Shown: piece after piece, positions 27,162-35,978 of the stretch
How the letters are laid out: every line of letters begins with the position of its first letter
Numbering within the stretch: position 1 is the first letter of the stretch
NCBI GenBank assembly: GCA_947365915.1
Contig: CANAXT010000001.1
Location: 7,347-71,346 of the forward strand
Direction of reading: 5' to 3'
Source: an uncultured Mycoplasmatota bacterium
GTDB taxonomy: Bacteria > Bacillota_I > Bacilli_A > RF39 > UBA660
Length of the DNA: 64,000 nucleotides
Notes under the pieces: model-generated
Told to the model about the DNA's origin: nothing
Seen by the model: the letters and a program-made list of their open reading frames with translations, nothing else
The model's database searches: none
Position numbers and translations under genes: made by a program

Positions 27162-27292
27162 GTTCATCCTCCTACCAACCTCATTATACCACAAAAGTAC
27201 ACTTGTAGTGCACTGTTTTTCGATTTCTTTTATGAGAAAATAGTAGTGATTGGAAATTTTTTCCATTTTTGTAGCATGTTGGAGGCGGTAGT

Positions 27293-27532
27293 ATGATTCG
27301 GAATCGAGACTTGAATCTTGAATATTCAAATTTTAGTAATAATGTTAGATACTATCGCAGACTCCATCAGTTAACACAAGAGGAGTTAGCTGAAAAGGCT
27401 GATCTTAGTACTTCTTATGTAAAACAAATTGAGTCTAATCATGAGTATAAGAATATTTCATTAACTACTATATTAAAGATTTCAAAGGCTTTGGATGTTG
27501 GTGTTAATGAGTTATTTTATCATCAGAAATAG
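27293..27532 (+). CDS. XRE-family HTH regulator (79 aa), divergent partner
   Basis: LHQLTQEELAEKADLSTSYVKQIESNHEYKNISLTTILKISKALDVGVNEL is an XRE-type HTH. Confidence 0.7.
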   Translation: MIRNRDLNLEYSNFSNNVRYYRRLHQLTQEELAEKADLSTSYVKQIESNHEYKNISLTTILKISKALDVGVNELFYHQK

Positions 27533-27535
27533 CAC

Positions 27536-27568
27536 TACTTCTACATTATAATGTAGAAGTATTTTTTT
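27536..27568 (+). terminator. rho-independent terminator
   Basis: An 11-bp perfect stem TACTTCTACAT/ATGTAGAAGTA with loop TATA, followed by TTTTTTT. Confidence 0.8.
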
Positions 27569-27688
27569 GTCAAGTTTTATTTTTAAGGACACCTCTATTC
27601 CAAAAAAACTGTCCATTTCCACTTTTTAGGGAATGAACAGTTGATCGTTTTGTCTTTGATATGATATTTAAAGAAAGTTCAATATCAT

Positions 27689-29059
27689 TTAAAATTCTAT
27701 TTTTTTATTGATATAATCTATTACTTCTTCTAATGGAAGGGTGATTTGTTCCATGGTATCTCTATCTCTTAGTGTTACTGTGTTGTTGTTTAAGGTTTCG
27801 TCATCTATGGTGATACAGATTGGTGTTCCAATTGCATCTTGTCTACGGTAACGTTTTCCAATGTTTCCAGCCTCGTCGTATGTTACGGAAAACTGTTTGG
27901 ATAGTGTTTTATATATTTCTATTGCTTTTTCTGAGTGATATTTTTTAATTAATGGAAGTATTGCAGCTTTATATGGTGCTAAAGCGGGAATAAAGCTTAA
28001 TACTTCTCTTGTTTCTTCGTTTTCTAGTTTGTCTACACGGTAAGCGTCACAAAGAAGGGCTAAAGTAAGACGATCGGCTCCGCATGATGATTCAATGACA
28101 TATGGAATATATTTTTCATTTGTTTCTGGGTCTAGGTATTCCATTGATTTTTTAGAATAGTTTTGATGTTGTGATAAGTCATAGTCTGTTCTATTATGGT
28201 TTCCGTAAATTTCTCCCCAACCGAATGGAAATTTGTATTCTACATCACATGCTTCTTTGGCATAGTGTGCGAGTTTTTCATGGTCTTTGAATCGTAGGTT
28301 TTGTTTTTTGATTCCTAAATCGGTAAAGAATGTTTTGGCAAATTCTTTGTAGTATTGGTAATATTCACTATCGGTTCCTTCTTTACAGAAAAATTGATGT
28401 TCCATTTGTTCAAATTCGATGGTCCTAAAAGTAAAGTTTCCTGGTGTGATTTCGTTTCTGAATGCTTTTCCAATTTGTCCAATTCCAAATGGTATTTTTG
28501 GTCTCATGGTTCTATATACGTTTAAGAAGTTTACGAATTCTCCTTGGGCTGTTTCTGGTCTTAGGTATACTAGGGAGGTGTTATCTGTAACCACTCCTCT
28601 ATTGGTTTTGAACATAAGGTTAAATTCTCTAATGTCTGTATAGTTTGTTTTGCCACAGTTTGGACATGGAACGTTATGTTCTTTGATATAAGTTACCATC
28701 TCTTCTTCTGTCATGGTATCTGCGTTTATGTTTTCGTCAAAATTTTCGATTAGTTTGTCTGCTCGATGTCTTGTTTTGCATTCTTTACAGTCTAATAATG
28801 GATCGGTAAAGCTTCCTACGTGACCACTTGCTTCCCATACTTTTGGGTTCATAAATATGGCAGCGTCTACTCCGTAACTGTTTGAACTTTCTTGAACAAA
28901 TCGTTTCCACCATAGCTTTTTTACGTTGTTTTTGAGTTCTACTCCAAGTGGACCGTAGTCCCAGGTATTGGCAAGTCCGTCATATATTTCGCTTCCTTGA
29001 AAGATAAATCCATATTGTTTGCATAAGTTTACTAATTTTTCCATTGTTAATGTTTCCAT
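27689..29059 (-). CDS. glyQS: glycine--tRNA ligase (alpha2-type)
   Basis: METLTMEKLVNLCKQYGFIFQGSEIYDGLANTWDYGPLGVELKNNVKKLWW... is the typical GlyRS N-terminus. The protein is 456 aa. Confidence 0.9.
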   Translation of the reverse strand: METLTMEKLVNLCKQYGFIFQGSEIYDGLANTWDYGPLGVELKNNVKKLWWKRFVQESSNSYGVDAAIFMNPKVWEASGHVGSFTDPLLDCKECKTRHRADKLIENFDENINADTMTEEEMVTYIKEHNVPCPNCGKTNYTDIREFNLMFKTNRGVVTDNTSLVYLRPETAQGEFVNFLNVYRTMRPKIPFGIGQIGKAFRNEITPGNFTFRTIEFEQMEHQFFCKEGTDSEYYQYYKEFAKTFFTDLGIKKQNLRFKDHEKLAHYAKEACDVEYKFPFGWGEIYGNHNRTDYDLSQHQNYSKKSMEYLDPETNEKYIPYVIESSCGADRLTLALLCDAYRVDKLENEETREVLSFIPALAPYKAAILPLIKKYHSEKAIEIYKTLSKQFSVTYDEAGNIGKRYRRQDAIGTPICITIDDETLNNNTVTLRDRDTMEQITLPLEEVIDYINKKIEF

Positions 29060-29250
29060 GTTTTTTCCTCTTTTCTATTTTGGATCATGCAAATAAAAAG
29101 ATTCTTCTAGAAGTTGTAAGGACGAGTTTTACCCGCGGTTCCACCTTACTTATTCTAAAAGAATCGGCTTTTTTTATATTGCTCTAGGTTTCCAAGCCTG
29201 TCATCGCATTGATCTATATTTATTTTACGTGATTATTTTGATTTCGTCAA
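29060..29250 (-). promoter_or_regulatory. T-box riboswitch leader (Gly) with promoter
   Basis: T-box GUAAGGUGGAACCGCGGG. A GNUGA motif and a GGC specifier sit in GCGAUGACAGGCU. Promoter TTGACG-17-TAAAAT at 29222-29250. Confidence 0.7.
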
Positions 29251-29292
29251 TGATTTTTATCAAATATGTCTTGATTCATACTTAAATTCATT

Positions 29293-29502
29293 CTATTTAA
29301 TTTGTCTAATTTGCTTTTTTGTTAAATTTGTTGCTTTCATAATTACATTGAGGTCGATTCCTTGTTCTAATAAATTACGAGTTGTTTCTAAGTTAGCTTC
29401 TTCTCGTCCTTGCTTTCTTCCTCCTTCATTTTTTGAACATTTTGCCTCCTTGCAAAAGGAATGAATTATCTTCGTTATACAAAAGTATACAAATTTTGTC
29501 AA
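29293..29502 (-). pseudogene. C-terminal fragment of an Rpn/YhgA-family (PD-(D/E)XK) nuclease/transposase
   Basis: The C-terminus TTRNLLEQGIDLNVIMKATNLTKKQIRQIK matches the Rpn C-terminal motif seen in the full-length copy at 43122-44003. No nuclease domain is present. Confidence 0.45.
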
Positions 29503-29669
29503 TGAGATATTACCTCCTCACTAATAATATACCACATAAGTATGGTAGACACCTTCTGGGAGAGCTCAAAAAAAGGAAATTTTTTTAAATTTCCTAATTT
29601 ACAAAAGATTCAAATACTATGATTTCTTAATGAACTCAAATTTTATGCTGTACTCGTTCATATAGATTT

Positions 29670-31628
29670 TTATTGATTGATTTTAATTCTATATGAAGTG
29701 GCTGCACTTAAATTGGTTGTTTCTGATCCTGATATTGAAAACATATAAGTAAGTGGTGAATCAGTGTCTACTTCATTGTCTAGAACAGCATTTCCAATTA
29801 CTTTCCCAGTACTGTCGTACAATTCAAAGTTTCCTTTCATTGTTCTTGTACTTGTTCCTTTATTGGTAATTTGTAATGTAATCATCATCGTTTGTTGATC
29901 ATCATATATTGTAGCATTTATAAATTTCACATTCCAATTATTATAGTTTACTTCACTATTTCCTGTTTTACTTTGTAATGAAATTTCTTTTTCTTTTGGT
30001 ACTTCAATCTCTTTTTTCTCTCCATCACAAGTGTATCCTTCGTTTAAGTAATATCCTTTTGCTTCATCTATTGTTGCATACCAAGTATTATCTTTTTCTT
30101 CTTCTTTTGCTTTTCTGTGATCTCTTTCTTCTATTACTGTGTACGAGAATACAGCATCTTGGAAGTTATAGGTTTGACTTTTTCCATCTGTATTTTTATT
30201 CGTTTGTGATAATGATTGTAATAATTGTTTCATTTGGTTATAATCGTTCACATTTTCAAATGTTGCTTTTCCTTCTAAGCGTTCTGTTAAAATATTATGT
30301 GTTTTTTTATTATAAGTGATCGTTACAGTGGTATCTGTTAATGATCCTTGATTTTTATCCGAGAATGTACAAACCATCTTTTCGTTTACCGCTGTTGCTG
30401 GTTTATTTGTTTTCTTTGGTGTTTTGTTTAAGTTTGGTTCTATTACAAATAGGTATAATGAAATAATTCCAGCTATTAATAATATAATAACCATGATTAT
30501 AATTATTATTTTTGAACCTTTTCCTTTTTTTGGTTTCTTCATAGGAACTGGTGGAATAGGTTCTAAATTGGTTAGTTTTGAACTCATTTGTTCTTCTTTA
30601 TTCTGAATTGGTTCTATTGGGGTTCCTATACTTGTTTCTGGTTGTACTTCTTTATTTGTCTCTTCCACTATTTCTTTGTTTTCTTCTAATGGTGCAATTG
30701 GGGTTTCTATGTTTGTTTCTGGTTGTATTTCTTTATTTGTTTCTTCTACTATTTCTTTATTTTCTTCTGGTGAAACAATTGGAGTTTCTATGTTTGTTTC
30801 TGGCTGTATATTGTTATTGTTTTCCCCAATAATTTCTCCGCTTGTTTCTAATGGAATGATTGGAATTTCTATGTCTATATCTAATATTTCTTTATCTTCT
30901 TGTTTTTCGCCAATGATTTCTCCACTTGTTTCTAAAGGTATGATTGGAATTTCTATATCTTCTGCCATCTTATTTTCTATTTGTGCTTCACTATTTGTCT
31001 CGTTTATAACCTCTTTATTCTCTTCTGATGAGATGATTTGTGGTTCTAAATTTGCTGGTGATTGATCTATTTGTATTTCTTGTTTTGTCTCTTCTACCGT
31101 TTTTTCATTTTGCATGATTGAAGTTTCTACTTTTGGTTCAGGAATCGGTGCGTTATGTTCTAATGATGCTTGTGGTGTTACAATTTCAGTCTCTTCTACA
31201 GGTTTCTTTTTCATGAAAAAGTTAGAAAAATTCAGATTTGCATCAATTTCTTCTTTTTCTGGCAATGTGAAAAGGTTTGGGTATGCTTCTTGTTTTTCTG
31301 GAAATTCATTAAAACTAACAATACTAATACGATCAATGGTGCTATAATCAATTAATTCAATCTCGCTATTTTCTTTTTCTGAAAATACATCTTTAAATAA
31401 TGAAAATACTTGTTGTTTTTCTGAATCTGTTTCACATTTAAATATTAAGTATTGATCTCTTACATGAGATAATTTTCCGATATAGATTTCTAAGCGAATG
31501 TCTCTTTTTTTCTTTGGTTTTTCTATAAATGCGAGATATTGATTTTGATTATAAATAATTTTTAATCCTGCTACGACTTCTATAAAGTGATCTTCTTTTG
31601 TTGTGTCTTTTACTAATTTCTTTTCCAT
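29670..31628 (-). CDS. repeat-rich single-pass membrane protein, unknown function
   Basis: 652 aa. The N-terminal domain is cytoplasmic. There are tandem acidic repeats (IEIPIIPLETSGEIIGE x2 and ETNKEIQPETNIETPI x3), one TM helix (IIIIIMVIILLIAGIISLYLFVI) and a C-terminal extracytoplasmic domain. Confidence 0.6.
   Translation of the reverse strand: MEKKLVKDTTKEDHFIEVVAGLKIIYNQNQYLAFIEKPKKKRDIRLEIYIGKLSHVRDQYLIFKCETDSEKQQVFSLFKDVFSEKENSEIELIDYSTIDRISIVSFNEFPEKQEAYPNLFTLPEKEEIDANLNFSNFFMKKKPVEETEIVTPQASLEHNAPIPEPKVETSIMQNEKTVEETKQEIQIDQSPANLEPQIISSEENKEVINETNSEAQIENKMAEDIEIPIIPLETSGEIIGEKQEDKEILDIDIEIPIIPLETSGEIIGENNNNIQPETNIETPIVSPEENKEIVEETNKEIQPETNIETPIAPLEENKEIVEETNKEVQPETSIGTPIEPIQNKEEQMSSKLTNLEPIPPVPMKKPKKGKGSKIIIIIMVIILLIAGIISLYLFVIEPNLNKTPKKTNKPATAVNEKMVCTFSDKNQGSLTDTTVTITYNKKTHNILTERLEGKATFENVNDYNQMKQLLQSLSQTNKNTDGKSQTYNFQDAVFSYTVIEERDHRKAKEEEKDNTWYATIDEAKGYYLNEGYTCDGEKKEIEVPKEKEISLQSKTGNSEVNYNNWNVKFINATIYDDQQTMMITLQITNKGTSTRTMKGNFELYDSTGKVIGNAVLDNEVDTDSPLTYMFSISGSETTNLSAATSYRIKINQ
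30600..30970. repeat. intragenic tandem DNA repeats (about 54-nt units x3 and about 51-nt units x2)
   Basis: Near-identical tandem units are visible in the nucleotide sequence. They encode the acidic repeats. Confidence 0.7.
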
Positions 31629-31784
31629 ATCATCATCTACTTTCCTATTTTATAGTTTAACATTCTATGAAATAAAAGTCAAAATAAAAATTAAAAATCG
31701 TAAAAAAAAGTAAATCAATTATCAAGTATGTGTTAGAATTCCAATCATCTCCTTATTTTATTAATATTTTTCTAAACTCACTAC

Positions 31785-31945
31785 TTGAAAAAAATAAAAT
31801 TTTATAGTACAATGTATATGGATGAAGGAAACTTCATAAAATAAAAAGAGACATGTATAACTTTTGTACGTTAAGCGTTGTCTCTATTAGATTTTGTTGA
31901 TAAAGAAAACGCTTTGGACATTGTTGCCAAGCGTTTTCTTTTTAG
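31785..31945 (+). ncRNA. candidate small RNA (orphan promoter-to-terminator unit)
   Basis: TTGAAA-17-TACAAT promoter. The predicted ~130-nt transcript has a GAAA-tetraloop hairpin (AUGAAG-GAAA-CUUCAU), an AGAGACA...UGUCUCU stem, and a strong terminator GAAAACGCUUUGG...CCAAGCGUUUUC followed by UUUUU. No downstream plus-strand gene exists. Confidence 0.3.
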
Positions 31946-32130
31946 TCTTTGTTTTTTGGAGTTCGGTCTAGAAGTAAAATTAAGATAACTAAGATTACTA
32001 AATATTCCATAATACCCTTTCCACATAAGACATCACCTCACTTTCATGAGGAACGCTTAACAGTTGATACATATCTCTTTATTCATTGTACCACATTTTA
32101 ATGTAGTGGTAAACACTTGTTCGTTATTTT

Positions 32131-32160
32131 TCAAAATAAAAGTAAGTGTTCACTTACTTT
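32131..32160 (-). terminator. terminator downstream of recO
   Basis: Perfect 9-bp palindrome AAGTAAGTG-TT-CACTTACTT with a U-run on the minus strand. Confidence 0.65.
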
Positions 32161-32170
32161 CAAATAATGA

Positions 32171-32911
32171 TTATGTTAATGTTACTTTACTAATATTCTT
32201 TAGAAAGTCCTTACTTTTTAAATATAGTCCTGTATATTGATCATAATAAGCATCTAAAAAACTGTTGATTTCTCTTTTGCTAATTTCTTTTACATCTAAT
32301 TTTGTTATTTTTGATATATCTACATAATAGAACATGCGAATTAATTTAATTGTGTTACTGCTCACAATGGTTTCATTTTTTAAACAGTTTCTACAGATGT
32401 ATCCTCCTCTTACACTAGAAAGGGTCGCTATTGAGGTTTTATTTCCACATATGCTACAAGCATCAATGATTGGCATAACCCCTAAAAAGTAAAGGTATTT
32501 TAATTCTAGTATGTTGGTAATGACTAAGGGATCATATCCCTCTTCTATTTTTTTTAATGATGCCAATAATAAATCATAAATCGTTTCATCATTGTTTTGC
32601 TTGTATACTTGTTCAGATAGTTCTAATAAAAAACTAGCATAGCTAATTTTTACGATGTCTGTTTTCAAGTTTCTAAATGGTTCAATGATATCGACACTGG
32701 TTAAATTAGATAGTTTGTTTTCGCGATAATAAATATAAAAAAAGCCATAAGTTAGTTTGTCTGTTACGCTTCGTAGTTCACTTTTTAAACTTCTGGCTCC
32801 TTTTGCCATAAATCCAATAATTCCATGTTCTTTGGTTAAGACATTGACTATTTTACTGGTTTCTCCGTAGTTTCTAACATTTAGTATGATTCCTTCTACT
32901 TTTTCAACCAT
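32171..32911 (-). CDS. recO: DNA repair protein RecO
   Basis: MVEKVEGIILNVRNYGETSKIVNVLTKEHGIIGFMAKGARS... and a C-terminal Cys cluster (CSICG...CRNC). Confidence 0.85.
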   Translation of the reverse strand: MVEKVEGIILNVRNYGETSKIVNVLTKEHGIIGFMAKGARSLKSELRSVTDKLTYGFFYIYYRENKLSNLTSVDIIEPFRNLKTDIVKISYASFLLELSEQVYKQNNDETIYDLLLASLKKIEEGYDPLVITNILELKYLYFLGVMPIIDACSICGNKTSIATLSSVRGGYICRNCLKNETIVSSNTIKLIRMFYYVDISKITKLDVKEISKREINSFLDAYYDQYTGLYLKSKDFLKNISKVTLT

Positions 32912-32913
32912 AG

Positions 32914-33138
32914 TTATTCTCCAATGTATTCGAAGCGGTAAACTTGTTTTACATCTGGATATTTTTGATGGTCTACTTCTGATGTAAATAAGTCATATGG
33001 TCTTGCCCAAATTTCTCCTGAATCTTCATGGGTGTATATTACCATTTGTTCTAATGTTTCTGAATGTTTTGCGATTGCGATTACTTTGTGTAATGTTCCT
33101 TTAAAATGTTTATATGTTCCTCCTACTTTTACTTCCAT
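32914..33138 (-). CDS. small conserved hypothetical protein
   Basis: 74 aa. It lies between era and recO, as in many Firmicutes. Confidence 0.5.
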   Translation of the reverse strand: MEVKVGGTYKHFKGTLHKVIAIAKHSETLEQMVIYTHEDSGEIWARPYDLFTSEVDHQKYPDVKQVYRFEYIGE

Positions 33139-33261
33139 TTTGTTCCTCCTTCTTCCATTCTAAATAATACTCTATTTTTCCTGTATTTGCAAATAATTTC
33201 CATAATAATTCTTGTTTCATGTGACTCACCTCATTATTATAGTGAGATGTATTTTTAAAAT

Positions 33262-34149
33262 TTATTCCATAAAGTCTCTAAATCCGAATTCCGTCAGATA
33301 CTTTTCTTTGTCTCTCCATTTTTTAATGGTTTTTACAAAGAGTTCTAGATATACTTTTTTTCCTAGTAAGGTTTCTATATCTAGTCTGGCAAGTCTACCA
33401 ATTTCTTTAATCATTGAACCATTTTTTCCAATAATGATTCGTTTTAGGGAATCTCTTTCTACAATAATTGCAACATGAATATGGACACTATTTTTGCTTT
33501 TTTCCATTTGTTCTGTTACACATGTAATGGAATGTGGTACTTCTTCTTCTGTCAAATTAAATACTTTTTCTCTTACGATTTCGGATATTAAAAATTGTAT
33601 AGATCTATTGGTAACTGTATTCGTATCATAATATATGGTATCATCTTTTAAATATTTTTTTAATGTTTTGATTACTTCTTTTGTGTTATTATTTTTTAAG
33701 GCTGATACTGGTATGATTTCTTTAAAGTCATAAAGGTCTTTATATTCTATGATTTTTTCTAAGATTTGTTCTTTTGATATTTTATCAATTTTGTTTAATA
33801 TCAATAATACTGGCTTGTCCACTTCTTTTAGTTTTTCTAATATATATTTGTCGCCTGGTCCTAAGGTGTCGCTTGCATCTACTAGAAATAAAATGGCATC
33901 TACATCATCGATGCTGTAATAGGCTTGTTTGTTTAATATTTTTCCTAGTTTGTTTGATGGTTTATGAATTCCTGGGGTATCTACAAATACGATTTGTGAT
34001 TCTGTATCGTTGTAAATTCCTTGGATGATATTTCTGGTTGTTTGTGGTTTTGATGATGTGATTGCTACTTTAGATCCTATCATTTCGTTTAATAAGGTGG
34101 ATTTCCCTACGTTTGGTCTTCCAATTAAGCTTACAAATCCACTTTTCAT
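33262..34149 (-). CDS. era: GTPase Era
   Basis: G1 GRPNVGKST, DTPG, NKID and a KH domain. Confidence 0.9.
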   Translation of the reverse strand: MKSGFVSLIGRPNVGKSTLLNEMIGSKVAITSSKPQTTRNIIQGIYNDTESQIVFVDTPGIHKPSNKLGKILNKQAYYSIDDVDAILFLVDASDTLGPGDKYILEKLKEVDKPVLLILNKIDKISKEQILEKIIEYKDLYDFKEIIPVSALKNNNTKEVIKTLKKYLKDDTIYYDTNTVTNRSIQFLISEIVREKVFNLTEEEVPHSITCVTEQMEKSKNSVHIHVAIIVERDSLKRIIIGKNGSMIKEIGRLARLDIETLLGKKVYLELFVKTIKKWRDKEKYLTEFGFRDFME

Positions 34150-34535
34150 ATGTTTAAATCCTCTTCATCAAAGGGATGGGGACATAGTTCTCCTACTGTA
34201 AATCTTTGTTCTTCTCCTTTTTGATTCATGCAGATAATGGTTTTATCTGGCTCCATCATTTCGGTTATTACTTGTCTACATAAAAAGCAACAAGTACTCA
34301 CTTTTGGGCTATCTACCATGATATATAATTCTTCAAAGTCATTTGGGCGATATCCATCACTAATGGCTCTTGTAAAAGCGCTTCTTTCCGCACATATGGT
34401 CGCTCCATAAGAGGCGTTTTCTACGTTTACTCCTTCAAATTCGGTTCCATTTTTTGCTACTAATATGGCTGCTACTTTAAAGTCTGAGTAAGGGCTATAG
34501 GAATTCGCTAATAGTTTTTGTAATTTTTCTTTCAT
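34146..34535 (-). CDS. cdd: cytidine deaminase
   Basis: CAERSA...CRQ zinc-binding motifs. 129 aa. Confidence 0.85.
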   Translation of the reverse strand: MKEKLQKLLANSYSPYSDFKVAAILVAKNGTEFEGVNVENASYGATICAERSAFTRAISDGYRPNDFEELYIMVDSPKVSTCCFLCRQVITEMMEPDKTIICMNQKGEEQRFTVGELCPHPFDEEDLNI

Positions 34536-34548
34536 TTTTGTTCTCCTT

Positions 34549-34941
34549 TTATCTTAACATTTCTATGATTTTTGGTAGGAATATGATTGCTCCTGATAGG
34601 GCTGCAAAAAAAGCTACTATCATGACGGCTCCTGCTGCTGCATCTTTGGCTATTTTCGCTAAGGGATGTTTTTCTGGACTTACTAAGTCAACTACGGCTT
34701 CTAGTGCTGTATTCATTAATTCTGCGGACATTACTAGTCCCATAAATAGAAAACATATGAGCCATTCTAATGTACTGATTTCAAAAAAACAACCTGCAAT
34801 GATTACAAATAAAGATATCATTAAATGTACTAGCATGTTTTGTTCATTTTTTAAAGTATATTTAATTCCTTCCCATGCATAACCAAAACTATGAATGAGT
34901 CTTTTGGATCCTAATTTTTTACCGTTTGATTCCAAAGCCAT
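34549..34941 (-). CDS. dgkA: diacylglycerol/undecaprenol kinase
   Basis: A 3-TM DgkA fold. NMLVHL, EL(M)NTALE. Confidence 0.8.
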   Translation of the reverse strand: MALESNGKKLGSKRLIHSFGYAWEGIKYTLKNEQNMLVHLMISLFVIIAGCFFEISTLEWLICFLFMGLVMSAELMNTALEAVVDLVSPEKHPLAKIAKDAAAGAVMIVAFFAALSGAIIFLPKIIEMLR

Positions 34942-35362
34942 CTAAAATCAACTCCTGACGTTTAAACATAATGGTTTCTTCTTCTTTTGTCATATGATCA
35001 TAACCTAGAAGGTGCAAGAAGCCATGAATGGTTAGAAAGCAAAGTTCTCTTTTTCGTGAATGTCCATAGTTTTGGGCTTGTTCTTCTGCTTTTTCTATTG
35101 AGATATAAATATCTCCTAAGACTCTGAAATCAGTTTTTATATCCATTCCTTCTTCTAGTGCAAATGAAATGACATCGGTTGGAGTATCTTTTCCTCTATA
35201 ATCTCTATTGATTTCTCTAATTCTTTCGTTATCAATAATAATGACGTTAAAAATAGCGTTTTCTACATTTTCTTCTTTAGCTGCGTATTCTAATAGTTGA
35301 TACATTGTATCTATTTCTTCTATTTTTTTTTCAGTTTCATTAAATATTTCAATTTGATTCAT
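34919..35362 (-). CDS. ybeY: rRNA maturation RNase YbeY
   Basis: [11 protein letters not shown] metal-binding motif. The start was set at MNQIEIF, which has RBS AGGAG. Confidence 0.85.
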   Translation of the reverse strand: MNQIEIFNETEKKIEEIDTMYQLLEYAAKEENVENAIFNVIIIDNERIREINRDYRGKDTPTDVISFALEEGMDIKTDFRVLGDIYISIEKAEEQAQNYGHSRKRELCFLTIHGFLHLLGYDHMTKEEETIMFKRQELILDGFGIKR

Positions 35363-35970
35363 ACGACTCCTACTTTCCAATTACATAAGTACAATATGGC
35401 AACAGCAATTACAATTATGATTAGTATATTATAAATGGTCTGTTTTTTCAAGACTTCTGGCAGTCGATCTTTTACTTTCATGACAATATAATAGATCAAA
35501 AATCCAAGTAGTGATCCTATAATGTTGAGTAAAATGTCATCTACATCAAATACTCTTCCGATTTTTAGTTGTGTGAATTCAATTGTAAATGAAGTTAAAA
35601 CAGAGAGTAAAAAAATTGATAATGGTTTTTCTAGTTTTAAAAAGTAAGATACAAAGAATCCATATGGCATAAACATAATCATGTTGCCTAGTACATTTTT
35701 GAAAAATGGGGCTGATCCAATTTTATATCGAAACATTTCCTGAAATGGGATAAAGTTTGAGGTTGACCAGCTGACATCTTGGAATGTTACAACATAAAAT
35801 AGACACATAATGTAGATGATAAAACAGAGAGATAATATTTCTTTATAAAAAATTACATTTTTTTTCTCTTTTAAAATCCAGACAATTCTCATTGATACTA
35901 TGATGACAGAGCAGATGAAAATCATGGGCCAGGTTTCATTTAAAATTGTTAAAAAGGTTGAGCGAAACAT
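35359..35970 (-). CDS. VanZ-like family membrane protein
   Basis: [20 protein letters not shown]anZ signature and 5 TM helices. Confidence 0.7.
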   Translation of the reverse strand: MFRSTFLTILNETWPMIFICSVIIVSMRIVWILKEKKNVIFYKEILSLCFIIYIMCLFYVVTFQDVSWSTSNFIPFQEMFRYKIGSAPFFKNVLGNMIMFMPYGFFVSYFLKLEKPLSIFLLSVLTSFTIEFTQLKIGRVFDVDDILLNIIGSLLGFLIYYIVMKVKDRLPEVLKKQTIYNILIIIVIAVAILYLCNWKVGVV

Positions 35971-35978
35971 GAAATCAC

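Noticed and set aside
29062-29100. 13-codon uORF (MIQNRKEEKTWKH) overlapping the glyQS start
   Set aside because: It has no Shine-Dalgarno and no codon bias. Unlike the tyrS uORF, it is probably fortuitous.
33212-33478. Plus-strand 88-aa ORF overlapping the era 3' end
   Set aside because: It is antisense to era and has no RBS.
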